Below are positions 33,305 to 42,228 of a stretch of DNA of 64,000 nt, one piece after another (positions within the stretch are counted from its first letter, which is position 1; each line of letters begins with the position of its first letter). Source of the stretch: an uncultured delta proteobacterium (GTDB lineage: Bacteria > Desulfobacterota > Desulfobacteria > Desulfobacterales > QNYZ01); the NCBI GenBank assembly GCA_963845145.1, contig CAWJQU010000003.1, forward strand, positions 241,476-305,475, read 5' to 3'. The notes under the pieces are model-generated. The model did not search any database. It saw nothing but the letters and a program-made list of their open reading frames with translations, and was not told the DNA's origin. A program made the position numbers and the translations under genes.

Positions 33305-33631
33305 TTATTGCGGACTTGTCCCACTTGTGTTTTGTTTTACCAACTTTTGGATAAGCTTGATTTCCAGATGGCACCCGACGGCGCTAGCATACTTGCGGAG
33401 TGTGGATATCGATGGAGAGTGTTTTTTATTTCCCCCGCCCGCCTCTAATCTGGCAATGGCCGGTGTTTTGGTCCCCATGAGACGAGCCACCTCAGCCTGG
33501 GTGAGCCCTGCCTCCATTCTGGCTTTCAATAATTCGTCAAAAAGCGAGAAATCTTCTTCTAATGCACCAAACTCCTCTTTTACTTCCGGGTTGCTAAATA
33601 GTTTTTTTCTTAACTCTTTATGCGTTAGCAT
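33305..33631 (-). CDS. XRE/HigA-like HTH antitoxin
   Basis: ARMEAGLTQAEVARLMGTKTPAIARLE...SPSISTLRKYA; overlaps the toxin stop codon. Confidence 0.85.
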   Translation of the reverse strand: MLTHKELRKKLFSNPEVKEEFGALEEDFSLFDELLKARMEAGLTQAEVARLMGTKTPAIARLEAGGGNKKHSPSISTLRKYASAVGCHLEIKLIQKLVKQNTSGTSPQ

Positions 33632-33794
33632 TTGCTTTCACCTCCTTCATCCGCGAAACTGCGATTTTAAGCTCTCTTGAAGGCGTTTTTTGCGATCTTT
33701 TAATAAAAGAATGCAGAATGACGATTCGTTTACCCGCCAAGGTACAATAAAAAACCCTGCCAATTCCTTCTTTAGATTTCATGCGCAATTCAAA
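33618..33794 (-). pseudogene. C-terminal half of a RelE/HigB (Gp49-like) toxin
   Basis: FELRMKSKEGIGRVFYCTLAGKRIVILHSFIKRSQKTPSRELKIA...; 5' half replaced by RAYT sequence. Confidence 0.8.
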
Positions 33795-33795
33795 A

Positions 33796-33860
33796 CAAAC
33801 TTAGGCATCCTTACTTCGCCTTAATATCTGCGAAACACCGGATGTCGATATGCCCACCTG
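33796..33860 (-). pseudogene. Short 3'-end fragment of the RAYT gene without the MITE
   Basis: Matches 30708-30735 plus 30895-30931 with few substitutions. Confidence 0.85.
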
Positions 33861-34416
33861 CACCCGTTATTTCTCTTTTTTTGGGTGGGGCTTTTAATTC
33901 CAACCCGCCCAGTCACCCATCCGGATCAAGGCAAATGTGCTTTTAAAACAACCTTCTAAGCAAGGCCCTGTTCCGCATGTCGGAACCAGAAAATCTTCAG
34001 TTCCGTACCGTGGTCAATAGATTTAATGACAGATCTTATGGTTCTTAGCCAACCCCTGTTCGACTCACGGTACAGGCAGATCAGTAAATCAGTTCAACGC
34101 CTATAGGATATAATAGAATTGCATAGGAATTCCTTGCAAAAAAATAGAATTCTGTCAAACGGTTTTTACTCGTAGAAAGTTGGTATATATTTCTACGTAG
34201 TAAATTTTTAATACAATGAAATAATTGGATTATCCAAAGCGGAAAATACGGGCGCGATAGGCTTTGAGTGGGATGATTTTTGCGGTTTTAGTGATGATTT
34301 CCCGAGTTGGCCGCTTTTTTGGGCGTGGTTTGGGATTTTTTTAAGACAGATTCGTCTGGTTCAGGGTCGGTATCGGACGTTGGTCCGTTTGGGTCCGGTT
34401 TATGCTGTCTTTAATT

Positions 34417-34647
34417 TGGCGTTTCCAAGGGGATTCGAACCCCTGTTGTCCCGCTTGAAAAAGCGGGATGTCCTTAACACACATTCTAAAATTAAAAAGA
34501 CCGCTCAGTTTTTACCTGAACGGTCTTTAATTTGGCGTCCCCAAGGGGATTTGAACCCCTGTCGTCCCGCTTGAAAAAGCGGGATGTCCTTAACACGCAT
34601 TCTAAATAAAAAAGACCGCTCAGTTTTTACCTGAACGGTCTTTAATT
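34417..34647 (-). repeat. Two 115-116 bp units containing a terminator, a palindrome and the tRNA-Glu 3' half
   Basis: CCA ends at 34417 and 34533; AGGACA-TCCCGCTT-TTTC-AAGCGGGA-CRACAGGGGTTC...CGCCA. Confidence 0.9.
34604..34643 (-). terminator. Intrinsic terminator after tRNA-Glu (repeated at about 34489-34528)
   Basis: AAAGACCGTTCAG-GTAAAAA-CTGAGCGGTCTTT-TTTATTT. Confidence 0.8.
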
Positions 34648-34725
34648 TGGCGTCCCCAAGGGGATTTGAACCCCTGTCGCCGGCGTGAAAGGCCGGTGTC
34701 CTGGACCAGGCTAGACGATGGGGAC
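34648..34725 (-). tRNA. tRNA-Glu(TTC)
   Basis: GTCCCCATCGTCTAGCCTGGTCCAGGACACCGGCCTTTCACGCCGGCGACAGGGGTTCAAATCCCCTTGGGGACGCCA folds as a full cloverleaf. Confidence 0.97.
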
Positions 34726-34945
34726 TAAATTGTTTATTACTTTACCAGTTATTCCTTTTCCGCCATCCTAATTTAATCCGATGTCGTCCCGCTTGGATAA
34801 GCGGGATGTCCTGGACCAGGCTAGACGATGGGGACTAAATTGTTTATTACTTTACCAGTTATTCCTTTTCCGCCATCCTAATTTGATCCGATGTCGTCCC
34901 GCTTGGATAAGCGGGATGTCCTGGACCAGGTTAGACGATGGGGAC
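34726..34945 (-). repeat. Two 110-bp units containing the tRNA-Glu 5' half, a palindrome and a spacer
   Basis: GTCCCCATCGTCTARCCTGGTCCAGGACA-TCCCGCTT-ATCC-AAGCGGGA-CGACA; 5' ends at 34835 and 34945. Confidence 0.9.
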
Positions 34946-34962
34946 TAAATTGTCTTAAATCC

Positions 34963-35038
34963 TGGTGGGCCGTGCTGGGCTCGAACCAGCGACTCTCTGC
35001 TTAAAAGGCAGATACTCTACCGACTGAGTTAACGGCCC
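34963..35038 (-). tRNA. tRNA-Lys(TTT)
   Basis: GGGCCGTTAACTCAGTCGGTAGAGTATCTGCCTTTTAAGCAGAGAGTCGCTGGTTCGAGCCCAGCACGGCCCACCA. Confidence 0.97.
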
Positions 35039-35204
35039 ATTTTGTAAAGCACAGATATTTAATACGTGCCCAATGGTTTGTCAATTAAAAATAAACGCCA
35101 CATGACGTTTTTTTTAATTGTATAAAATTCGAACCAGAAACGCCATGATGATCCAGTGAAAAATCATAGAAATATCAAAGTTATATTATCCCATGGCATT
35201 GAAA

Positions 35205-35993
35205 TCATAAGTGTAAAATAAGGCTCCAGCCTGCCGATGACGATCCGATCGATATTAGGCACAAGCCGATGATCGCCGACAATACGATCCAATCAGCCGC
35301 CTGAATCTGCATGGGGGGTGGCGTTGCCGATTCACTATAGCAACGGGCCGTCATGGCCATCACGAGATGATCGGCGAGTTTGATGATTTTGCGCATCACG
35401 GGTATGGCGAACCGGGTGAGTCGATAATACGGGTTTTTGCGGCATTCCACACAGCGGGCTTTTTGAGCGGCGATGGTTTCCCGGGCCAGATCGATAATCA
35501 TGGGAAGCAATCGAACCATTAGGCCGATCATAACGCCCAGACGCTTCTCCGGTAGGCCGGGAACAGGTGAGGCCAGCCATTGCACCGCTGCACGAATCTC
35601 CTTGGGACGGGTAGTGGCGGCATAAATCATTCCGAGAGCCGTGACGAGCGCTATCCGCCAGCAGATCAGGATGCCTGAGACCATTCCGGTGTCGGTCACT
35701 CGAATCGGGCCGATGGTAATCAATGTATTGCCAGGAATAAAAACAGCTCTTGAAATAAACATGGCCAATAGCAACAAACCAAAATAACGCAGTTCATGGG
35801 CGACTGCGAACCAATTTAATCCGGCACGCGCCCCCGCTGCCATAGCAACCAACGATACGGTGAGCAAGCCGATTGGGCCGGCCATCATAACCGATGGGCT
35901 GAACACGATAAGTGAAATGGTTTTAAGGCGGGGATCAAACTGATGCAGTACCGAATCTTTTGGATGGAAATGAAATGCTAATGAGTCAGCCAT
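35205..35993 (-). CDS. ECF transporter T component (BioN/EcfT-like)
   Basis: DPRLK; AQKARC and AMTARC coupling motifs. Confidence 0.9.
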   Translation of the reverse strand: MADSLAFHFHPKDSVLHQFDPRLKTISLIVFSPSVMMAGPIGLLTVSLVAMAAGARAGLNWFAVAHELRYFGLLLLAMFISRAVFIPGNTLITIGPIRVTDTGMVSGILICWRIALVTALGMIYAATTRPKEIRAAVQWLASPVPGLPEKRLGVMIGLMVRLLPMIIDLARETIAAQKARCVECRKNPYYRLTRFAIPVMRKIIKLADHLVMAMTARCYSESATPPPMQIQAADWIVLSAIIGLCLISIGSSSAGWSLILHL

Positions 35994-36730
35994 GACGCAA
36001 CATCTCCCCCCATTCTCAGGGCGCAGGGCATCCGCACCCCGTATTGTTCCACCTTCGGCAAAATCGTTGCCGGGGGGCCGTCCGCGACGATCCGGCCGCC
36101 GTTAATGAGTACCAGGCGATCGGCATGATAAATCACCTTCTCCAAATCATGGGTCGCAATAATCAAAGTGTGGCCGTTTTGGTGCAGCTTTACCATCTGC
36201 TCAAGCACCTGGCACACACCCCGGTCGTCAAGATTGGAAAAGGGTTCATCGAAAAGGATAACTTCTGAATGCATGGCCAGTACACCTGCCACGGCCAATC
36301 GCCGTTTCTCACCCTGGGATAAGTGATGGGGCGGCCGGTCTTTTTGTGCCAGGAGGCCCACGGCGGTCAGGGCTTCTGTTGCCCGGCAATCAATTTCCTC
36401 ACGATCAAGGCCAAGGTTCTCCGGGCCGAATACCACATCATCGTATACCGTCTCCCCGACAATCTGCATATCGGCATCCTGAAAGACCATTCCCACCTGT
36501 TGCCGCACCTGTGTCAGGTTTTTGCGGATCGGCGCGCCGTCAATGGTCACCTCTCCTTTTTCCGGTAAAAGCAAACCGTTTAAGTGCCTGAAAAAGGTGG
36601 TTTTTCCTGATCCGTTGGGGCCGGCCAGAACAATAAACTCACCTTTTTCGATTGTCAGGTTAATGTTTGATAGCGTTTCGGCCCCATCGGCGAAACAGTG
36701 ACACAAATCGGTGATTTCGATGTAGGTCAT
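35978..36730 (-). CDS. ECF transporter ATPase (BioM/EcfA-like)
   Basis: GPNGSGKT, VFQD, LSQGEKRR, FDEP, THD. Confidence 0.92.
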   Translation of the reverse strand: MTYIEITDLCHCFADGAETLSNINLTIEKGEFIVLAGPNGSGKTTFFRHLNGLLLPEKGEVTIDGAPIRKNLTQVRQQVGMVFQDADMQIVGETVYDDVVFGPENLGLDREEIDCRATEALTAVGLLAQKDRPPHHLSQGEKRRLAVAGVLAMHSEVILFDEPFSNLDDRGVCQVLEQMVKLHQNGHTLIIATHDLEKVIYHADRLVLINGGRIVADGPPATILPKVEQYGVRMPCALRMGGDVASWLTH

Positions 36731-36757
36731 ATCCGGCCCGTTTTATTTTTTCCCGAT

Positions 36758-37327
36758 TTATTTTTCGGGAACCATGGCTGGTTGGGGGGCATTATCAAAT
36801 GAGCCGATGAGAGGGCGCACCAATCGCACTACGGGAATGGCCGCAGCGATTTTGATCCCATCCCCAATGAGAAACGGAACCATCCCGACGGCCACCGATT
36901 TCTGCCAACTCATACCGGTCATGGTTTTTAGCCAGGGCACGCCCATGGTATAGATAACGGCCGTTGCCAAGAGCATGGCGATAATATCCAATACCATTGA
37001 CGGCTTGGCACGATTGGATATGATGCCGACCAGATAAACCGCCGGTAAGTAGGCCAGTAAATACCCACCGGTAGGTCCCCAAAAACGGCCGAGACCGCCG
37101 GTTCCAGCGGAAAATACAGGTAGTCCCAGGGCGCCGGTCAGCAAGTAGGTTCCTACGGCGGCCAGCCCCCATTTGGGACCCAGTGCCAATCCGGCGAGCA
37201 TCACAAAAAAGTTAGCCAGGTAAATCGGCACGGGCCCGATGGGGATGGCCAGAAAAGCCCCTGCCGCGATCAAGGCCGCAAATAAAGAGGCCAGTACCAT
37301 CATACGAAGGGATGGGTTGGTATTCAT
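36758..37327 (-). CDS. bioY: Biotin transporter BioY
   Basis: GPVPI, GLPVFS, GPTGGYL, PFLIGD; in birA operon. Confidence 0.93.
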   Translation of the reverse strand: MNTNPSLRMMVLASLFAALIAAGAFLAIPIGPVPIYLANFFVMLAGLALGPKWGLAAVGTYLLTGALGLPVFSAGTGGLGRFWGPTGGYLLAYLPAVYLVGIISNRAKPSMVLDIIAMLLATAVIYTMGVPWLKTMTGMSWQKSVAVGMVPFLIGDGIKIAAAIPVVRLVRPLIGSFDNAPQPAMVPEK

Positions 37328-38283
37328 TAGGTTTTTCGTCCTGTAATTGGTTTGATACCATCATCGTGAAAACAATCACCGTAAACGACCGTTTTTTGTG
37401 ACCCGTCTTTTTTTCGAATAATCAGACCGCCATTTTCGTCCACATCCTCTGCCAAACCCTCCGTTACCGATCGGGGGGTGACCACCCTGACCGGGCGATT
37501 TAAAGTAACCGTCCATTGTTTCCACTCTTTGATGGTTTGATTGGATGCCGCCGCCGTCAAATTCTCCTCAAATGAATCAAGAAAAGAGATCAGCAGCCTA
37601 TTTCGCGAAACCGGTCGTCCCAGCAAATGTCTGATGCTTGTAGCGCCTGGTTCGTGAAAGGTTGGGTCATTATTGACATTAATGCCGATGCCGATATTCA
37701 GATAGGTCACCTGGTCGAAATCGGCCTCCATTTCGGCCAGAAAGCCCGCCAGCTTTTTTTCGTTAACGAGGATATCGTTTGGCCATTTAACCCCGGCGTT
37801 GATATTAAATTGTGTTTTTAATGTTTTTGATAGGGTGGTGGCGGCATAAAGAACGATACGACCGCTCGTTTGGGGCGTTACCGTCGGCCGTAGCACTATC
37901 GTAAAATAGAGCCCTCCTTCATCGGATTGCCAATTCCGTTTTAGTCGTCCACGCCCTTGGGTCTGGGTGCCGGCCACCACGATGGTCATTTCAGGCGAAC
38001 CCTGACGCGCTTTTTCCCGGGCAACACTCATGGTAGAGGGAATACAATCATAATAGTGAAAATGTTCCTCGCGATCACCGAATTCCCAGGCAAACGGCAT
38101 ATCCGGAGATTTAATCAACCGATACCCCTTGGGGGTGGCGTCGATGTGATAGTCCGCATTTTTGAGAGCCTGAATATGCTTCCAAACCGATACCCGCGAA
38201 AGGCCCAACGTTGAACTCAGCCATTCACCGGATATGGGTCCCTGCGCCCCCCTTAATTGGGCTAATAATTGTCTTTTTATCAT
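37327..38283 (-). CDS. birA: Bifunctional biotin ligase/repressor
   Basis: HTH SRVSVWKHI, QTQGRGR, KWPND, KKLAG. Confidence 0.95.
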   Translation of the reverse strand: MIKRQLLAQLRGAQGPISGEWLSSTLGLSRVSVWKHIQALKNADYHIDATPKGYRLIKSPDMPFAWEFGDREEHFHYYDCIPSTMSVAREKARQGSPEMTIVVAGTQTQGRGRLKRNWQSDEGGLYFTIVLRPTVTPQTSGRIVLYAATTLSKTLKTQFNINAGVKWPNDILVNEKKLAGFLAEMEADFDQVTYLNIGIGINVNNDPTFHEPGATSIRHLLGRPVSRNRLLISFLDSFEENLTAAASNQTIKEWKQWTVTLNRPVRVVTPRSVTEGLAEDVDENGGLIIRKKDGSQKTVVYGDCFHDDGIKPITGRKT

Positions 38284-38308
38284 CTTTTCGTTACCCTGAT
38301 TATTTTAA

Positions 38309-38339
38309 AGGTTAACGCCTTTGCTCCTTTCAGTCAACC
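38309..38339 (-). promoter_or_regulatory. Promoter overlapped by a putative BirA operator
   Basis: GGTTAAC-N16-GTCAACC inverted repeat; minus strand TTGACT-17-TAACCT. Confidence 0.65.
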
Positions 38340-38384
38340 GCTTTTCCGGAATTGTCTCTCTGGTGTTGCTTATCGGGTGCCGCT

Positions 38385-38860
38385 TAGGGTAATCGCAAGT
38401 AAAATTAAAAAAGCATGGTTGATATTTGCGATTGCCCTGGTATTGTCCTGCAAGATAACCGAATTTGGGATTCTTCACAAAAGGGGTGAGGATTATTGTG
38501 CGTTGTTCACGTCCAACATTCAAAAAAACAATCTTATTTTGGCGTGGATTCCATCTGTAGGGGCGCCCCTTGTGGGTGCCCATGCCCTTTGTGGGTGTCT
38601 GGCGATCATACCACCGGGCAACCACAAGGGATTCCCCTACAAAAACACATCCATTATGGGATTTCGGGCGGTCTCGAATTGGATAAAAAATCAATGACGA
38701 TTCAAAAAAGATCATACCCTAAAGAAACTGGCCGTACTCAAATATATTGCGCTTAACCTTTTAAAAATAAAAACGCTTCAATAGCGGCATTCAGTCTAAA
38801 CAGCTTAAGGCTGCTTGGAATAATAATCATTCAAAATTGATTTTACTTGCAATTGCCCTG
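38385..38860 (+). mobile_element. Non-autonomous ISAs1-family relic
   Basis: Ends TAGGGTAATCGCAAGTAAAAT and ATTTTACTTGCAATTGCCCTG; flanks ggtgccgct / ggtgctgct; transposase C-terminal residue LAVLKYIALNLLK...KQLKAAWNNN at about 38725-38830. Confidence 0.7.
38556..38641. repeat. GTAG-family REP doublet (inverted pair)
   Basis: TGTAGGGGCGCCCCTTGTGGGTGCCC ... GGGCAACCACAAGGGATTCCCCTACA. Confidence 0.8.
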
Positions 38861-39111
38861 GGTGCTGCTTCTCTGGTGTTGACACTCACCCGCCGGCCTG
38901 ACATATTAGCTTTTCGATTGCCGCAAGCTTGCATGGGGCGGGTTTTATATCCCCGCCACCGGTATGAATAGCGCTGGACGGGGCAAAGGTACCTGGCATT
39001 TTCTAAAAATATTTATAAACCCTTAATAAACCCCCAATCATTTCAATATATTGACAGATAGGCTGTTAATAATTCATTACGTTTTACTGACAGTTGATCT
39101 GAATTCGCGTT

Positions 39112-39765
39112 GTGATGCGATTAAACCATAAAACCATATTAGCCCGTAGATCGGTATCATTTCTCATTTTCCAGTTCGTTTGCTTTTATAGCCGGACCTT
39201 TCGGTTCACTGTTGAAAATGAAGAGGCATGGACCCGCTATTTAAACCGTGGGGGGCGGGTGCTGCTCTGTGCTTGGCACCAGCAATTTTTTTCTGCGATT
39301 CGTTACTTTCGAAAATATCGACCGCACAACCCCCACTTGATGATCAGTCCCAGCAAGGATGGCGATATCATTTCCGGCGTTGCCGAACTGGCCGGATGGC
39401 ATCCTGTGAGGGGATCGTCATCGAAACAGGGAAAAAAAGCGTTGCGAGAGCTGATCTTACGCTTAAAAGATACGCGTCTGGCAGCTCTGGTCGTAGATGG
39501 TCCCAAAGGACCCATGGGAGAGGTAAAAGCCGGGGCGATTCGTCTAGCGCATATGACCGATGCCGCCATCGTCCCTTTTTATGTGTCGGCGTCAAAGGCC
39601 TGGACCTTTAACAGCTGGGATCGTTTTTTTGTTCCAAAACCATATACATCGGTTTTATTACGTTTTGGCGATATGATAAAGTTAGATGCTACACGGGATC
39701 CGGCTACTTTTGAAAAGCAGCGAGGGCAGCTTGAAAAGATAATGCAAAAGGGGCTAAGATTGTAA
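39112..39765 (+). CDS. DUF374 / lysophospholipid acyltransferase family protein
   Basis: CAWH, ISPSKDG, VRGSSS, DGPKGP, SWDRF..PKP. Confidence 0.85.
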   Translation: MMRLNHKTILARRSVSFLIFQFVCFYSRTFRFTVENEEAWTRYLNRGGRVLLCAWHQQFFSAIRYFRKYRPHNPHLMISPSKDGDIISGVAELAGWHPVRGSSSKQGKKALRELILRLKDTRLAALVVDGPKGPMGEVKAGAIRLAHMTDAAIVPFYVSASKAWTFNSWDRFFVPKPYTSVLLRFGDMIKLDATRDPATFEKQRGQLEKIMQKGLRL

Positions 39766-39871
39766 ACAATGCTGCATCCGGTTTCCACCGTGTTGACAAA
39801 AAGATCGAAGGATTATGTCGATTGAATTAAACAATTGCTGACCTGATAGAACAAACAACGGGAGGTTTCAC

Positions 39872-40414
39872 ATGTTACGAAGAAGCAAGAAAGACAATGC
39901 CGATTTAGACGCCAGGGAATCCACCCAAAACGACAGCCGTCCAGACCCAAACAAGCTCTCTTCACCGACATTGGCAAGACCTGCTGAAAAAACAATTATC
40001 GGCGAAGAGATCAGCATCAAGGGGACAATTCACGGTCGGGGAAATCTGGTTATTCAGGGATCGATTCAGGGAAATATTGACCTTGACCAACACCATCTCA
40101 CCATCGGACCCAATGGGAACGTCGAAGCTGAGGTTACGGCCGAAAATGTCACCATTAGCGGTAAACTCAAAGGGAATATCAACGCTAAGGGAAAAGTCGA
40201 AATCACTAAAAGCGCTGATTTTACCGGAGAGATCAAGGCCAAACGCATCTCGGTTGAAGACGGGGCCTTTTTGAAGGCGGTTATCGAGCTACAACGCAAT
40301 CCCCAGGCGGCAGCTGCGGGAAAACCAGCCACACCGATCCTGAAAGAGCCCGGTCCAAATCCAGGTTCGAATCCAAGCTTAAATTCAGGCTCAAGTAAGG
40401 AAAAACCCAAATGA
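39872..40414 (+). CDS. Bactofilin (polymer-forming cytoskeletal protein)
   Basis: TIIGEEISIKGTI...LVIQGSIQGNI...VTISGKLKGNI...ISVEDGA. Confidence 0.92.
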   Translation: MLRRSKKDNADLDARESTQNDSRPDPNKLSSPTLARPAEKTIIGEEISIKGTIHGRGNLVIQGSIQGNIDLDQHHLTIGPNGNVEAEVTAENVTISGKLKGNINAKGKVEITKSADFTGEIKAKRISVEDGAFLKAVIELQRNPQAAAAGKPATPILKEPGPNPGSNPSLNSGSSKEKPK

Positions 40415-40417
40415 TAG

Positions 40418-41065
40418 ATGCTGTTATTCCGAGGTAGCGAAACGATGTCGGTCCTTGTAGACATGCCCAAACGAACGAAAACCGGTTTACCCGAACAATC
40501 CGCATTCTCGCCATTTACCAGCAAGGCGGTGCCGGTCTTTTTAAAACAGATCCCTCATCCTGACGAGGCGCACATGCTGGACTTGGGACCCGTCTGCAAT
40601 GAGAATATTAACCTTTTTGCCAGCCGTTTAAAAAAACTCTTTGTATTTGATATCTTCACCAAAAAGTTTCTGGCAAACAGTACGGATTCGAAATCGAAGC
40701 GTTTTTGGCGACACCTGGATTATTCTCCCGAGACATTCGATGGAATCGTTCTTTGGGACTTACCCGATCGATTAGACGATGAAGATGCACATGAACTCGG
40801 TCGAAGGTGCAATAATCTACTCAAGCCGGAAGGCATCACCCTGGTCTGGGCTACGGGCCAACCGCATCACGAGACCCGGGTGAATGCCTTTGCCGTCGAC
40901 GAGACGTTTCAAATAGCCTTTCGTGATCAACCACACCTCAAACTCCCCCTGCATCCCCGCAAAACAAGGGATCTGTTTGACGTTCTCAACCCGCTGATAC
41001 CCGTTCAATCGTTTATTTTCCGCAGCGGGTTAAGGGAATTTGTTTTAAAAAAGGGTAATAATTAG
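40418..41065 (+). CDS. SAM methyltransferase-fold protein (start uncertain)
   Basis: LDLGP, FDGIVLWD, LLKPEG. Confidence 0.65.
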   Translation: MLLFRGSETMSVLVDMPKRTKTGLPEQSAFSPFTSKAVPVFLKQIPHPDEAHMLDLGPVCNENINLFASRLKKLFVFDIFTKKFLANSTDSKSKRFWRHLDYSPETFDGIVLWDLPDRLDDEDAHELGRRCNNLLKPEGITLVWATGQPHHETRVNAFAVDETFQIAFRDQPHLKLPLHPRKTRDLFDVLNPLIPVQSFIFRSGLREFVLKKGNN

Positions 41066-41100
41066 TGGAAGGTAATAATTAGTGGGTGGTCGGGGAGCGA

Positions 41101-42228
41101 TTACACTGAAAACGCCTGGTGAGACGATGCCATGCGCTCAAGGAATTCTTCATTCACGTCAATACCCAGCCCGGGGCGCGATGGCGGCTCCGCCAACCCT
41201 GCCCGACCGAACGTCAGGGGATGGTTGACAATATCCTCCTCAAGCAAATAGGACGAATAGGCGCCTTCCAGATATTCCAAGGCATGTGTTGACGCAAACT
41301 GTTGTCCCGCGGCGGCCAAAATGCTGGTCTCCCCCACCTGGCATCCCAACTGCGAAAGGATGCCATGCGATCGGGCCAGTGCATATATTTGATCCGAGGC
41401 CACCATGCCACCACATTTGGATAACCTGAGATTAAACATTACTTTAGGGCCCAGTGAAACCAGTCTTTCGGCATCGGCCAACCCGCACAGCGATTCATCG
41501 GCAATTATGGGGATTCGGATATTCTCAGCCACATAGTGCAAACCCTCAAAATCGTTTTTTTCGACCGGCTGCTCCACAGCACTGATACCCAATCCCATCA
41601 TCTCATTGATTCGTAAAACAGCCTCATTTGCTTTCCAGGCCCCGTTTGCATCAACCCGAATATCGACGTTCGACCCCAGGACATTCCGGGCGTTCGCTAA
41701 ACGCTCGATATCCCGATCGTCCCCAACTTTAATTTTGACATCAGTCATTCCGGAATCCCGCGACAGGCACAATAGCTCGTTAAACTTATGAGAATCCGTG
41801 ATGGGTAGAACGGCACTATAGCGAAGGGATTGATCTTTGGGGCCGAAAAAGTTCGCCACCGGCATGTCCCATCTCTTTCCGGCAGCATCCAAAAGGGCAA
41901 GTTCCAGGGCGCAACAAAGTGCCGGAGCCTGTTTTGTCCTTTCAGCGGAAAAAAAATCAGATAGTGCGCGACGGACTTCCGACGGTTTTTCAATAGCAAT
42001 CCGCTTTAGACGAGCCAAGAGGTTATTTTTGAAAAAAGCGATGCTTTCAGAAATGTTCTCACCGGTGACAAAGTCCCGGGCGACGCCCTCACCAAACCCA
42101 ATCACGTTTTCCCGGGTCGATATTTTTACAATCAGATTGTCGGAAAATCGATGCTCGGCCAGGTGATGCCTAAAAGACATGCACAGGGGTATCTTCAAGC
42201 GGTATATATCGATCGTCTTCAACTGCAC
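41101..42228 (-). CDS. Enolase superfamily enzyme (MLE/dipeptide epimerase subgroup)
   Basis: GFGE, KIKVG, DANG, EQP, DES, NLRLSKCGG, GCQVGET; GTG start after GAGGAG. Confidence 0.85.
   Translation of the reverse strand: MQLKTIDIYRLKIPLCMSFRHHLAEHRFSDNLIVKISTRENVIGFGEGVARDFVTGENISESIAFFKNNLLARLKRIAIEKPSEVRRALSDFFSAERTKQAPALCCALELALLDAAGKRWDMPVANFFGPKDQSLRYSAVLPITDSHKFNELLCLSRDSGMTDVKIKVGDDRDIERLANARNVLGSNVDIRVDANGAWKANEAVLRINEMMGLGISAVEQPVEKNDFEGLHYVAENIRIPIIADESLCGLADAERLVSLGPKVMFNLRLSKCGGMVASDQIYALARSHGILSQLGCQVGETSILAAAGQQFASTHALEYLEGAYSSYLLEEDIVNHPLTFGRAGLAEPPSRPGLGIDVNEEFLERMASSHQAFSV

Noticed and set aside
32643..33374. 243-aa ORF as an intact transposase
   Set aside because: Only 32832-33267 is RAYT-like; the flanks are fortuitous read-through and the N-terminal region is missing
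34417..34945. CRISPR array or split (trans-spliced) tRNA
   Set aside because: The intervening sequences are near-identical rather than unique spacers, there are no cas genes, an intact tRNA-Glu is present, and the 3' halves lie behind terminators
38269..38756. Three overlapping ORFs of 86-142 aa
   Set aside because: They run across the promoter, IS relic and REP, and show no coherent protein features
38879..38960. Possible small RNA (TTGACA-17-CATATT, then a GGCGGG/CCCGCC hairpin)
   Set aside because: Weak -10, no U-tract, and no conservation evidence available from this window
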